From positions 3,798,422 through 3,862,421 of the forward strand of contig NC_092678.1 of NCBI RefSeq assembly GCF_964355755.1: DNA of 64,000 nucleotides, written 5' to 3'. Every line of letters begins with the position of its first letter. The stretch's first letter is position 1. The position numbers and the translations under genes were made by a program. The notes under the pieces were generated by a model that saw only the letters and a list, made by a program, of their open reading frames with translations, had not been told where the DNA came from and did not search any database. Origin of the DNA: Antedon mediterranea (Eukaryota; Animalia; Echinodermata). Below, piece after piece: positions 51,946 through 64,000 of this stretch.

Positions 51946-53979
51946 AAAAATAATTCAAGACCATGAAGGCACCAATAAAATTGCTAGTGTTGCACACTGG
52001 TCCTGCTATGACATGATGGGTTTGACTATAGGTCTCTGTCTGCTTTCTGCTCTATCTCTCTACGACAAGTTGATGACAAAATACTGCTTATGTGAAAACA
52101 GACAACTTGTACATGGTGCAACAAGCAGATAAGTAGTCAATGTAAACATGTATGATAAAATAAGCCTAGGCAGTAAGTATTAAAGTAATACACTTAAATT
52201 AATAGAACTCAAGGCTATATTTAGTTAAATTTTAATATTAAGTATTTAAAATTGCCAATTTAAACGTATTGCTCTCTTTGTATGAATTGTATGAAGTATA
52301 TTTATCAATGGTATTTTGAAATTCTTAACAAATATCAGTTCATTTACTTTCTAATTCAAAAACAATGAATGACATAAAATACTATTTTTCTTATATTTGA
52401 CAGTTCATTTTCATTTCTGTTGTGACTAGCTGTTTAATATATTTTCTAGTTTTTATTAGTTTTCTTAAGTAGAGGACAGTCATAAGGAATAATGGAAAAA
52501 GCATGATATATTATTGTATTGTTATACTGTATAGTAATAACGAGAATAGGTATAAATTGTTAGGTATTTAATGTCTATAATTGATGATTACTAGGCTACT
52601 TACTTCGGGATTATTCATACAGTGTATACTTAAGGTAATGTAAATGATTAGTCATTATCGTTTTTACTAAAGCTAAGAAAAGTATGAGATTTTGGTGCTT
52701 GTCTTCTAATTCCAACTCATGGGTTCAGATCCTACACAGAGTCAGAATACCTGATCATGCCACATACATTCAATCTGGCACAACAAAACAAATGGCAAAA
52801 TATAGCTGCATGCTCAATTCTCCTCCTGAAGAAATCCTATTTTTTCTAAGAGCGATTGATGCATTACTACAAATCAATTCTACAGCATAAATAATTAAAC
52901 AATATAACAATCATGGTGAAATTATGCTGTTTTTTAATTAATTAAAGTTGCTTCTAGTCAGTTGACGACGACTACTCATGGATATCTTTGTTTAAGTTCT
53001 CTGCTATATTGCATTTCAATTTAATGTCGGTAATAAATATTTGAAAATATCATATAAATGTCTGATATAATATGGAAAAATTATATTACAATTCTGGCAT
53101 TCTTCATTGTATATACAACTTATTAACGGCATGTAATATTGTCACAGATAGGGTTTTCAAAATTTTGAAAACAACTTGCATTACTCTAATAGAAGGAGGT
53201 GGAGTGGGTGGTCAATCCCTGTATTCCAATTCTGACTTTCTTTCAAATACCGGTACAGTTCATTACAAATCAAGTTCTATATTTATAGTTTGGTTCTACT
53301 TCATCCTTCTCGGAATAGACTTCGGATCTACCCTTTTTATTTTGCAAATATGTAATGCTTGGCCTAAATAATCTCTTGTTTAAAGCTTTCTTAATAATAT
53401 TATAAAATACTATGGTTGGTTGTACTTTTTTGTTATTAATAAAAAAATTAAATTACTAACAATCATGTATTAATAATTATTGCGTTGAAAAAAGTAATTA
53501 TTATTATTGACAATGAATGGATTATGGACCAAGCGTTCAGTTACTTAATACAAAGAACAGCAATAAAGAAATCAGACAAATTCGAGTGACGTACTTTAAA
53601 GGCTATCTATCTTATCTGATAATTTTTCTGAAAAGACAATTTATCAAAAGATGAAATACCAATCAACGTAATCTTGAATTGAAGTATAAGTTTGTAGATA
53701 TTAAGTCCGAAACTATCAAATATTGATGGAAGAAGATAAGATTCAAGAACGCTATGATGACCAGATGTACATGAGGAAGAGGCCAAAAACAGATTATCAT
53801 ACAATTAGCATTAATAGAAGTTTGAATGTGAACCATTCGCAGTAATTCTTGTGAAGTATGCTACTAGAAATTTGAAAGTAGATAACAAAACAACTAAGAG
53901 GCAGCCAAGATCTGAAAGAAGAAGACAAAAATCTGAATGATAGAAGATGATCTGGAATAATGCGAGTGAAAGATCTGGA

Positions 53980-54240
53980 AAAAGAAGGTAGGACAAAAAA
54001 CTGGAAGAAGAGAACTAGATCTAGAAGAAAAACAAAAACCAGAAGAAAAACAAAAACCGGATGAAAAGGTCAAGATCTACAAGAAAAAAAACTGATAGAG
54101 GAAAAAACTGGAAGAAGAGAACAAGATCTAAAAGAACAAAAACTGGAAGAGGTCTATATCTAGAAGAACAAAAACTGAAAGAAGAGGAAAAAAACTGGAA
54201 GAAGAGGACAAACACTGGAAGAAGAGGATGGGATATGGAA
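53980..54240. repeat. Purine-rich degenerate repeat
   Basis: aaaactggaagaagag and agatcta motifs recur several times. Confidence 0.7.
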
Positions 54241-55202
54241 TAAGAAGGAAGCATAAAAGAGGATAGACACATATTTGGAAAGAAATATTTGGAAAATGCT
54301 AGAAAAAGGTTACAAAACCTGATGACGGTGATAGTAGTGTGAACAAACCAACATTGTAATTTTTTGTTCCATTATATATGGAACTAACTTGATTTAATGT
54401 CAACTTGATCAATATCATATATAAGTACTTCTACTACTAATCTTCAAATATACATTTAAGAATAAATTTATTCTGCATCTAGAGATTCATCATGCCAAAT
54501 TTAATTCAAAAGGTTTCTACGAGAAAAATATTTGACACATTGCTTGAGTGAAACTCTGTATTTTTTTCTGTATTAATTGTATAATCATTATGTTTGATAG
54601 GATTTAATGGACTATTAAAGACACAGTGGTACCATTTAAAGCTTTAAAGTCTCAAAAACACATACACAAACATAAATATGTCTATAACATCAAGAAGATT
54701 CTTCAAAACTGTCAGCTATAATGCATTAAATATATTGGCCAATGTGACACAATTTGGGATCTAGAACCTTACCAAATTCTAAATAAATTAATCAAAACAC
54801 TTTTCCTACATACTAAATTCTTTTAATAAAAAAATTAAAATTTTGAACAATTATTTTGATGTGACATTTGTTTCTCTGAAAGGTTGAACTAGTATATTTG
54901 TTAATTTTAGCTATTTCAATTTCCTGCAAAACAGCTATTACAAAGAGTTATTTTAAGAAATGGACAAAATTGTATTTTCACCATTACGATGGCCGTATTT
55001 GAGGACCGTATAATCATCTGTAATCACTCGATGACGAATGCTTTCTAAACGTGTTAAGATTGTGGAAATACATTTCAAATCGGACATTTTAATATTGATG
55101 TATAGTCGGTCTGCTTGTTATGATTTATTAGCCATTGACTGAATTTTTAATGTGAAGAGGCATATGATCAAGGAATCGTGATGTTCATAAATAATACAGA
55201 AT

Positions 55203-55325
55203 GTGCCTGTGTGAAAGACCATCTGTAAGGGCCCTGATCATGTATAATCTGTGGCTGTTTGAAAGATCATCTGTAAGGACCGTGAACATGTATAATGTAT
55301 GGCTGTTTGAAACACCATCTGTAGG
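55203..55325. repeat. ~48-bp tandem repeat, ~2.5 copies
   Basis: ctgt.tgaaa.a.catctgtaagg..c.tga.catgtataat repeats at ~55207, ~55255 and ~55303. Confidence 0.8.
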
Positions 55326-57529
55326 CGCTTAAACATATTCAGACAACATTACGAATATAGATTTATGAAAATTCATAGTATAGTGTATTGTAGTCTATAT
55401 AATATAAGGAATTTTAATATGTAAAATTGCATAATACTAGGGTTGCTATGAATTTATACCTAGTGTAGGCCTGCAAGAGACCATTATGCTTTTTGGAGAA
55501 ATCAAGCATGCTTTGTGAAGAAATCAAGCATACTCCTATAAGAACTGGAAAAAATTATTTTTCAGTATTACAATAAATTTTTAAAGAAATGTAGGCATAT
55601 TATCAATCTGAATCTGTACTATTAAATATTCATGTTGGCGAATATTACAAATTCTTTTACTTTTTTATACATACAAGGCATTATCTTGGTATTCACATTT
55701 TAATTTAAAAACACATGCAAGTGAACAATGTTTCAGTGTGCAAATTGTGTACATACATGTACCCATAGGATTGGATATACCTTCCTAGTGATGTGTAAAA
55801 TCCTATCTATTTCATTCTACACTAATCACCCTTTTTCAACACCTAATGCAATTCTGTAAAAAATCTGACATATGAACTTTGAAAGCAAACAAGACACCTG
55901 AAAGATATTACAGTCTACCTTGGAAGATACAGCCATTTTTCATCGCCTTAAGTGGTATGGCATCAACACATTACAGTACACATTTTAAATATCTGGCGAA
56001 GATATACAATTAGTGATTGTTTAACCACCACTGACGTTAAGAGCTTAGGTGTAAAGTGCTGCGTGTTGACATATTAATACAGCTAGCTTTTACCACCCTG
56101 GTAACTCCTCAACAGGAAACAAGTACTTGAGAGATTGATAGAAAAACCTCCTTTAAACATTGTGATGACGAAGGCTTGACACACCAAAAACTTTAATCAA
56201 CATATCCATGCTTGATTCAAATAAGATAAAATAAATGGAAATGGATCTACTGTAAGGTACCATTTGAATGAACCATTTGAACAAAAAATAACTTTCATAA
56301 TATATAATAATAATGTTGTTTGAACATAAAGTTCTAAGCATAGTACTAATACTCCTACAATGGGAACAGCGTTATAAACAATTTTTGGTTCAATGCCGAA
56401 CTCATAACAACAGTCTTATATATAAGAGATATTTGTAAAACATTTCAAAATCAGTATACTTTCATGAAAAATACGAGGGAATGCAGGGAAAGGTTGTCAG
56501 GATGAAATTATGCTTATTAAAATCTTGCCAAAAGAAAATGGAGATTATGCTAAATGTAAAGAGGGACCTTGTGCTTCCAATCAAGACATACATACCCAAA
56601 GGCCTAGAATAAATTGATGGAACTATCCTAACTAGCGTGGTTAAAATAGTTCTCATAACACCTGAGGCGTGAATAAAATCATATTTAAGGTTAAGAATTT
56701 CAGAAATTACTTATTGATTTCAAGTGTAAAAGCAACAAATAAAAATATAGGTGATATAAATTTTTCAAAAGGGGTTGCGTATTGGGGTGAAACATTATAT
56801 GCACATTTCTTAAAATGTTTGGAAGATAGGATCAATTTCTGAAAGACCACAGTGTCAATACCATTATTATTTTTTCATCAACAAAAGACTAGGCTCATGT
56901 ATGTTTTACAACTTATGTTGGTAATATCCTATAAAATTGTTTTTGTTTCTAAAAAAATGCGTACACAAGTTTTTATTTGTGTAGCGGCGGAATATACATT
57001 CTGCTAAATAAATAACTACTCTTGCCGATTCCAAGAAGAACTGTAACTCAGTTTGTATGTTTACCTGTCCGAAATCTTAAAATGTGTTTACCGCCAAAAC
57101 GATTCAGATTCAGGATGTATGAAATGATTCATGTTATGTTGAAATTGATATTACCGAATGCTAAGAGCAACCTAATGAGTCATAAAACCGTAACTAGTTC
57201 ATAAAACAAGACAAGGAATTAGTTATATGTGCAATAACATTGCCCAAAACACTGCTTCTCAATTACAAATGCTCAGTTAATACAAATAGATTTTGTCCTA
57301 AAGATGTTATAGATATTTCAGAGCTACGAATATGAAATAGTATACAGTATTCATACAAATAATAGCTTGAGAGAGTGGGATAAAAAAAAATGGATTGAGT
57401 GGCAGGATCCTGTACATGGGAAACCCATGTTTAGTTTAATTAGGATTAAATGAGTACCAAAACAGCAGATAAATCCTTAATATCTTATGTGCCAAATACT
57501 GATCCAAACAGGATATAGTATGATGGAAG

Positions 57530-57630
57530 TCTAAAGCTCTGTGTGATGTGCCCAAATATGGTAGTGATATAACATCATCATGTCCATATATAGGCACATC
57601 ACATTTGTTGTCACATAAAGTCTTGATCGC
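57530..57630. mobile_element. Dispersed repeat / MITE remnant, copy 2
   Basis: Matches 39119-39188 and has an internal inverted repeat tgtgatgtgcc...ggcacatcaca. Confidence 0.7.
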
Positions 57631-58117
57631 ACTTGACATCTGCTAAATTTAGAAAGAAAATTAGAATTTTAACTTTCTGAGGGCTGAAATAGAGGTAGAG
57701 AGAGATGTTAGTTAAAGTAGTAGGTGCTTTTAATAAGCAAAAAAAAATTATTTCTGGTAGATTCAAAACAAAAAGTATGTGTTATCTATTTTGTTTTTGT
57801 TATTGAAGAAAGTAAAATCAAGAATAGATTGATTAAGATATGTGTTATAAAGACAACTAAAAACAATTTATCATACTACTTTTACTAAATGATTTTCTCA
57901 CTACCATTAATGACGTGATCAATCTTGTCCTAAAGTACACACTATAAAGGCGAGACAATAAGATGAATGAGACTTAGAAGAAGTAGGATGATCACAAAAT
58001 CTACATCATGAATATATAATAAATTAATCTATAAAATAATTTTATAGATATGATGATTATGTTGTATTATATGCACTTATAGTACTTATTTAGGCCTCTT
58101 TAGCACTTATTAAAGCT

Positions 58118-58250
58118 GTGGACCTTATTCAGTTGTAGACCTTGTTCAACTATGAACCTATTGTGGACCTTATTCAACTGGAAATATTGTGGCAATATTC
58201 GTCTGTGGCCCTTATTCAACTATTGAACTAATTTGTGGCACTTATTCGAT
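58118..58250. repeat. Short degenerate repeat (tgtggaccttattcaact)
   Basis: The motif recurs about six times with variable spacers. Confidence 0.65.
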
Positions 58251-59170
58251 TCAACTAATATGATACTTTCTACTAGGATGCTTTCTTTTACTATATACTG
58301 TTTAGCCTTTATTGCCTACTGTAATAATTTAAATACCATGCAAAGTAATAACTGCAGTATGCCTATACTTAATTTCATTTCAATACTACTGTAGTTTTCC
58401 TCAGAAAAAAATTTTCAATTTGAATCTAATCATTTGAATCCATCAAGTTATAATTATCATCGATGTGGATCTTCATGCACAATCATTGTTGACTACAAAA
58501 TCTGATGCACCTGGCAGCAATTCATCAAACGATGTTAATTACAGGTCAATATACAATATATTGAGAGACAAAAACGACAAAAATATGCGAGCATTAACAC
58601 ATGCAAGTTTTGCCTGGTATATCTATCAAAAATATGGTAGTGCTTGATGCTTGGTGGTTAAGTGCACACCTTAAAATGGTAGGGTCAGCGTTCAATTCAA
58701 TAAAAAAAAAAAGATTAGAGGTGGTTCTAATATTTATTAAAGTTCCAATACAAACACAAGATTTGTCATAACCAAAACCAGTTGCCATAAGTCATAAAAA
58801 AAAAATGTTTACAAAAACAATAGCCTAGTACAAATCATCTAAATATATTATAAATGTCATGTGACTCTTTTTAAAATTCATGAATATTTATAATGTATTT
58901 CATCATCACCATATTTGTCTGTGTGAATATTTCTACATAATGTTCCATAAATTATTCCAGCAATGCTTGAAGCTTTTTAAAAAAATGTATATATTTTTGG
59001 GGGTTTTGGAAATTGTCAAAAATACAGTGGAATTCTGCTTCTTTTGTACACCTATTCAGGGGACACATCTACAGTGTTAAGGGAATACTTTCCTGTGAAA
59101 TTAATGAAGAGAAATCTATGTTTAAATACTATGGCCAACACCTATTCAGGGACACTTTGTTGGGTCCCTT

Positions 59171-60016
59171 AAGCATGGTTGCCACTAGCGACGCAACACA
59201 AGGACGTAACGCAACGCAAGTGAATTGACCAATCACAAGCGATGGCTTATTCGCTTGTGATTGCTAACTGTCTATAACTTCGCTTGTCATTGGTTAAAAC
59301 GCTTGCGTTGCGTTTATGTCCTTGCGTTGCGTTTACGTCCTTGCGTTGCGTTTACGTCCTTGCGTTGCGTTTACGTCCTTGCGTTGCGTTTACGTCCTTG
59401 CGTTGCGTTTACGTCCTTGCGTTGCGTTTACGTCCTTGCGTTGCGTTTACGTCCTTGCGTTACGTTTACGTCCTTGCGTTACGTTTACGTCCTTGCGTTA
59501 CGTTTACGTCCTTGCGTTGCGTTTACGTCCTTGCGTTGCGTTTATGTCCTTGCGTTACGTTTACGTCCTTGCGTTGCGTTTACGTCCTTGCGTTGCGTTT
59601 ATGTCCTTGCGTTACGTTTACGTCCTTGCGTTGCGTTTACGTCCTTGCGTTACGTTTACGTCCTTGCGTTGCGTTTACGTCCTTGCGTTGCGTTTATGTC
59701 CTTGCGTTACGTTTACGTCCTTGCGTTGCGTTTACGTCCTTGCGTTGCGTTTATGTCCTTGCGTTACGTTTACGTCCTTGCGTTGCGTTTACGTCCTTGC
59801 GTTACGTTTACGTCCTTGCGTTGCGTTTACGTCCTTGCGTTGCGTTTATGTCCTTGCGTTACGTTTACGTCCTTGCGTTGCGTTTACGTCCTTGCGTTGC
59901 GTTTATGTCCTTGCGTTGCGTTTACGTCCTTGCGTTACGTTTACGTCCTTGCGTTGCGTTTACGTCCTTGCGTTGCGTTTACGTCCTTGCGTTACGTTCT
60001 AGTGGGAACCAAGCTT
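59171..60016. mobile_element. MITE (same family as 24550-24730) with an internal tandem expansion
   Basis: The first ~135 bp are near-identical to the intronic copy, and it has the same right TIR ctagtgggaaccaagctt. Confidence 0.9.
59303..59997. repeat. 19-bp minisatellite, ~36 copies
   Basis: Unit ttgcgtt(g/a)cgttta(c/t)gtcc. It has no stop codons on +, which explains three overlapping ORFs with a 19-aa period. Confidence 0.97.
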
Positions 60017-62673
60017 CAATAAAGTTCTGTTGTGTACAGCAATTGTTTGGAATTTAATTTGATTCAAATCAAGTTTTTAGTGTTCATGAAGAATGTGATT
60101 AGATTTTATTTCATTTTCCAAATTCTATCCAAAAGAACATGTCAAAACTTCACAAATATTTAAAAATATATTACAAATGGAAAGGTTTTTAACTTGTGTA
60201 TTTAAAATTGATGGATGAAACGTTTCGGACAATGATGGAAAACTTCCGAACTTTAAAGGCTGTAAAGTGGCAGAATATTCATGCTTAGGGGTTTTAAACA
60301 GAATATAAGTGATCATTATTATTTACATCATATTTCTTACTTCATCTTTTTGAACAATACCATATGGAATGGTTAAACGGCGCCATACAAATCAAATGAT
60401 AAATTGGTCAGTAAATAAAACTAATAAAACTGCTCCTGCAAACTTAACATAAATTATTTAATCGATTGAAATAGTTAATCAGTATAACCTTGGCCTAGAT
60501 ATATCAAATTTAATAATGTTTTCTTTAGATTAACTGTACTAAATTAATTTCAACAAATTAATTAAAGCTTATTAAGAACGACCTGATATTTTAAATTAAT
60601 GTGTATTTTTGACCTAATTGAAATCTATCTGAAACAATTAAAATTGTATGTATTGAAATAATATATATTATAAGGTAACTTAAATAAATTATTCTAAATT
60701 AATTAGACTTATTAAACTTTAATAAGATATAAACTTGTTAAACAATCTGTTATTTAAATCAAGTTTATTATTTAGGGCAAAGAATGAATTATCTTTTCAA
60801 TTATACTGTACTGCAGTAAATATGGAATAACTACAATAGCGACTGATTGAATTCTAAAACAACTGGGGCGACTTTAAACTAAGTGGATGCATCTCGACAT
60901 CAAGTGTTGCAATATCGAGGCAATCACTAAAATAGAACAAGTAAATTAATTGAAAGAATTAATTATTCAAAAGAACATGACCGAGCCAGTCAAGCGTGAA
61001 TGATAAATCATGATGAGATGGCAAAGCTATTCATGGGTAACAATTAGATAGAAAGATAAAAAATAAATTATGACGAATGAATGAAATGCCTAGTTCCAAG
61101 ATTCATAATTCAATTTAATTTTGAAATAATGGAAAAAAAATCAATAGAATGATTCTATACAAATATTGTACAGCCCCTTCAGAAACATTCCAATAAAAAC
61201 AAGTTTCTGCTTTTATCATTTTATGCATGATTTTATTTGATGAAATACATAACATTTTACATTTTATTTTTACCTTTTTTCAATTTCTTTAAAGATGGGG
61301 TTTTAAATCATAGATGAAACTATTTCAATCATTTTATGACACTACATTGTTGAGCCTTAAAATACAAATGTAATTTGGTAGCATGCAGTTAAGAAAAGAC
61401 GCTCAATTTCAATTGTCTGGCTTTAAAAGGAACATACAATACCATTTGCTTCATTTATATTGATATATTTAGAATAGCCTTTATATCAAATTAAATTGAA
61501 AGATAGAATTAATACACTATTCACTAGAAAGTTCACAATATATTTCACATTTGCAAATAGAATTACGTACCAAAGCTTTTAACAATGTGTTTTGAAGCTT
61601 TTTCAATTTTCTAAAGTTATTTGTTACATGCAATAGATTTTATAAAATAATTATTTTTTAACTTATAAAAGGCAGTATACATAATTTAATTCAACCCATT
61701 GGCTAGCAGTCAATTTGAAAATTTGTTGCTTAAAATTACATTGGGTTTTTTCAGGTAAATAATTTTCTTTTTCTGATCCAATGGTCAAAGTAAATAAATA
61801 GACAAGACAATACTCTTTAAGTGTTATTTTTCTTGTTGTTATTTGAGTGAAAATTCTGTCAAACAACAACAAAATGCATAAATTTAACTTGTATTTTTTT
61901 ATGTAAATTCTTCATTTAAATTCAACAGTAGAATCGTAAAAATTAAGAGAGCGCAATCTTGGTGATCAATCACCTTAAGAAGCTTAATGACATGAGTTTA
62001 ATTTGAGGCAATAAAAACCTGACCAATAATGAATTATATATCTTGTTATGCGTCAAAAGAATCATTACTTTTATCAATGACAAACAAGTCGTGACCTTTC
62101 ACTTTGATTGATCTACAAGATGTAAAATATAAATACTTAATTGTCATTTTTTTGTTTCCTTGCTATTAGAATGTTGGGTTCAAATCTTGTCTGATTCCAA
62201 GGATAAGCAAATTCACTCACTATCCTTCTTAAATTTGTCAATCCTGTTCACAAGATATACATATACACAAGATCTGCTCTACATAAACAACTTCAGAGTG
62301 GATTTGTTTTCTGTCATGATCATGATTGGATTTGAACCCAGGTCCTTGGGATGCATAGCAACCTATTAAAGTATTATAGTCGGAGTAAAATCTTTTGACC
62401 CAGTAACTGCAAACCGATTTCTATGAATCACTTTAAATACTCTCCATGGGCTGTAGATGTAATACCGTAATTGGGTTGACATTCAAACCTCTATGGTACT
62501 CATTCATACTCATGGGTAGAAAATATCAACATCAAACATGATATTAGTTTTTATCATTGATGAGCTAAGTTCCTTAGTGTTTCTTTAAAACAAAATAATT
62601 GAGAGGATAAAAAAAATAAGAAAAAAAGCAAAAAAAATTTTCTAAGATGGAAGGTAGCGATATAAGTTTTCAG

Positions 62674-63036
62674 TAGCTACAATTTGTAAAAAAACAAAAA
62701 ACAAGAAATTGAATGTTATCCCAACTGATGACCCAACCAATGACCCAACCAATGACCCAACCGACAACCCAACCAATGACCCAACTGATGACCTAACCAA
62801 TGACCCAACTGACGACCCGACCAATGACCCAACTGACGACCCAACCAATGACCCAACTGATGACCTAGCCAATGACCCAACTGACAACCCAACCAATGAC
62901 CCAACTGACGACCCAACCAATGACCCAACTGACGACCCAACCGACGACCCAACCAATGACCCAACTGATGACCTAGCCAATGACCCAACTGACGACTCAA
63001 CCAATGACCCAACTTCATACTATACCTCCAAAAAAG
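62674..63036 (+). CDS. Candidate symmetric exon encoding an (N/D)DPT tetrapeptide repeat (PT-repeat, mucin-like stalk)
   Basis: Acceptor ttttcAG and donor AAAG|GTAAAT are both phase 1, enclosing 363 nt open. Many repeat variants are synonymous (act/acc, gat/gac, cca/ccg). No partner exons found. Confidence 0.4.
62721..63014. repeat. 12-bp (24-bp dimer) tandem repeat, ~24 units
   Basis: ccaactgatgac and ccaaccaatgac alternate. Confidence 0.95.
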
Positions 63037-64000
63037 GTAAATATCTAATAAAGTTGACATAAAAAAAATACTGTACTACAGTTACTGTACAATATTTCAT
63101 CAATTTTGAGTATACAATTGTAACATACCTTTTCAACTGGTCGGTATGTTCATTAGATTAACAGAAATTATTCATATTCGAGACGGATTAAAGGGAAAAA
63201 GTATCCTGAACTGTGGATTGTAATCAAGTATTAATGGAATAAATGCCCAGTAGGTCGTACTATGACTTATGAATTACAAGTTGAATATAGAACGAACATA
63301 AAATGGGGCAGAGGTCGTATAAAAACTAACATTATGTATTTCAATCCAAAAATGCAAATAAAATGTAAATATGATGGATTTTATGTTTCTCATTTTGAAA
63401 ATTGATGTTTTTTTTTGTAAAGTTACATTAAGTAAGTATTCGGAAGGTATGTTGCTGCATGCATAAATGGTAAACAATTTATGTATTGGTGTTATGCATT
63501 TTTAGGGTTTTTAGAACAAAAAACTAAAATAATAATGCTATTATTTTTTAGCATTGCTGTCCAGTGGGTTATGTGTGTGTGAGCTGAATACTATGAAGCA
63601 CACAGATTTGCTTAGTATCAAAGGAGGAGTTAGGCCAGGGGTGCACCACAACAAAAAACCTTCAAGGAGGTAAAATACTGATTTGCATGGGAAGAAAAGA
63701 AAAACATTGTTGTTGCAGAAGTGCAAGGAAGAAGGTGAGGAAGAAGTATTATGTGAAAAAGGCAAAACCAATAAAAATGATATGGACAATTCTAAGAAAA
63801 AATACTTGAACATAAATTGAAGATATAAACATTATTTTCCTACTTCTTGGATAAAACTTCATGGCGCCTAACTCGTGTAGGATGTTAACAACTTTGACAT
63901 TTTGTAAAATGTTTGCAACATTCAAAACACAGTTGTAGATTTATTTTTTCTTTACTAATGAACAGAAAAAAAATAAAACATTACAAGCATTTTAAATTTA

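Noticed and set aside
59261-60057. Three long ORFs (228-257 aa)
   Set aside because: They come from a stop-free 19-bp minisatellite inside a MITE, and the same peptide appears in all three frames.
62642-63060. Minus-strand VGSL and GHWL repeat ORFs
   Set aside because: They are antisense shadows of the 12-bp repeat; the splice signals favour the + frame if any.

Overview
AT-rich, intron-rich eukaryotic DNA. It is most likely an invertebrate animal; the TIMP type, repeat content and mosaic CpG pattern would fit a marine deuterostome such as an echinoderm, but that is inference. The only protein-coding gene I can reconstruct with confidence is a 4-coding-exon TIMP (tissue inhibitor of metalloproteinases) on the + strand, 23626-35228, 239 aa. 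It has a TATA/CCAAT promoter, an unusually long AB loop and 14 mature cysteines, and no synapsin host exons are recognisable around it. The rest is mostly mobile DNA and repeats: RTE-clade LINE 3' fragments, MITEs, a 72-nt tRNA-like element, a decayed Penelope-type minimal hammerhead and several tandem arrays. The most striking structure is at 45515-51755. Four related ~1.55 kb non-autonomous Helentron-like elements are nested inside one another like Russian dolls. Each is inserted into the A-tract ~60-75 bp from the end of the previous one, and family-specific terminal inverted repeats close in exact reverse order. Most ORFs in the supplied track are repeat-derived or spurious.
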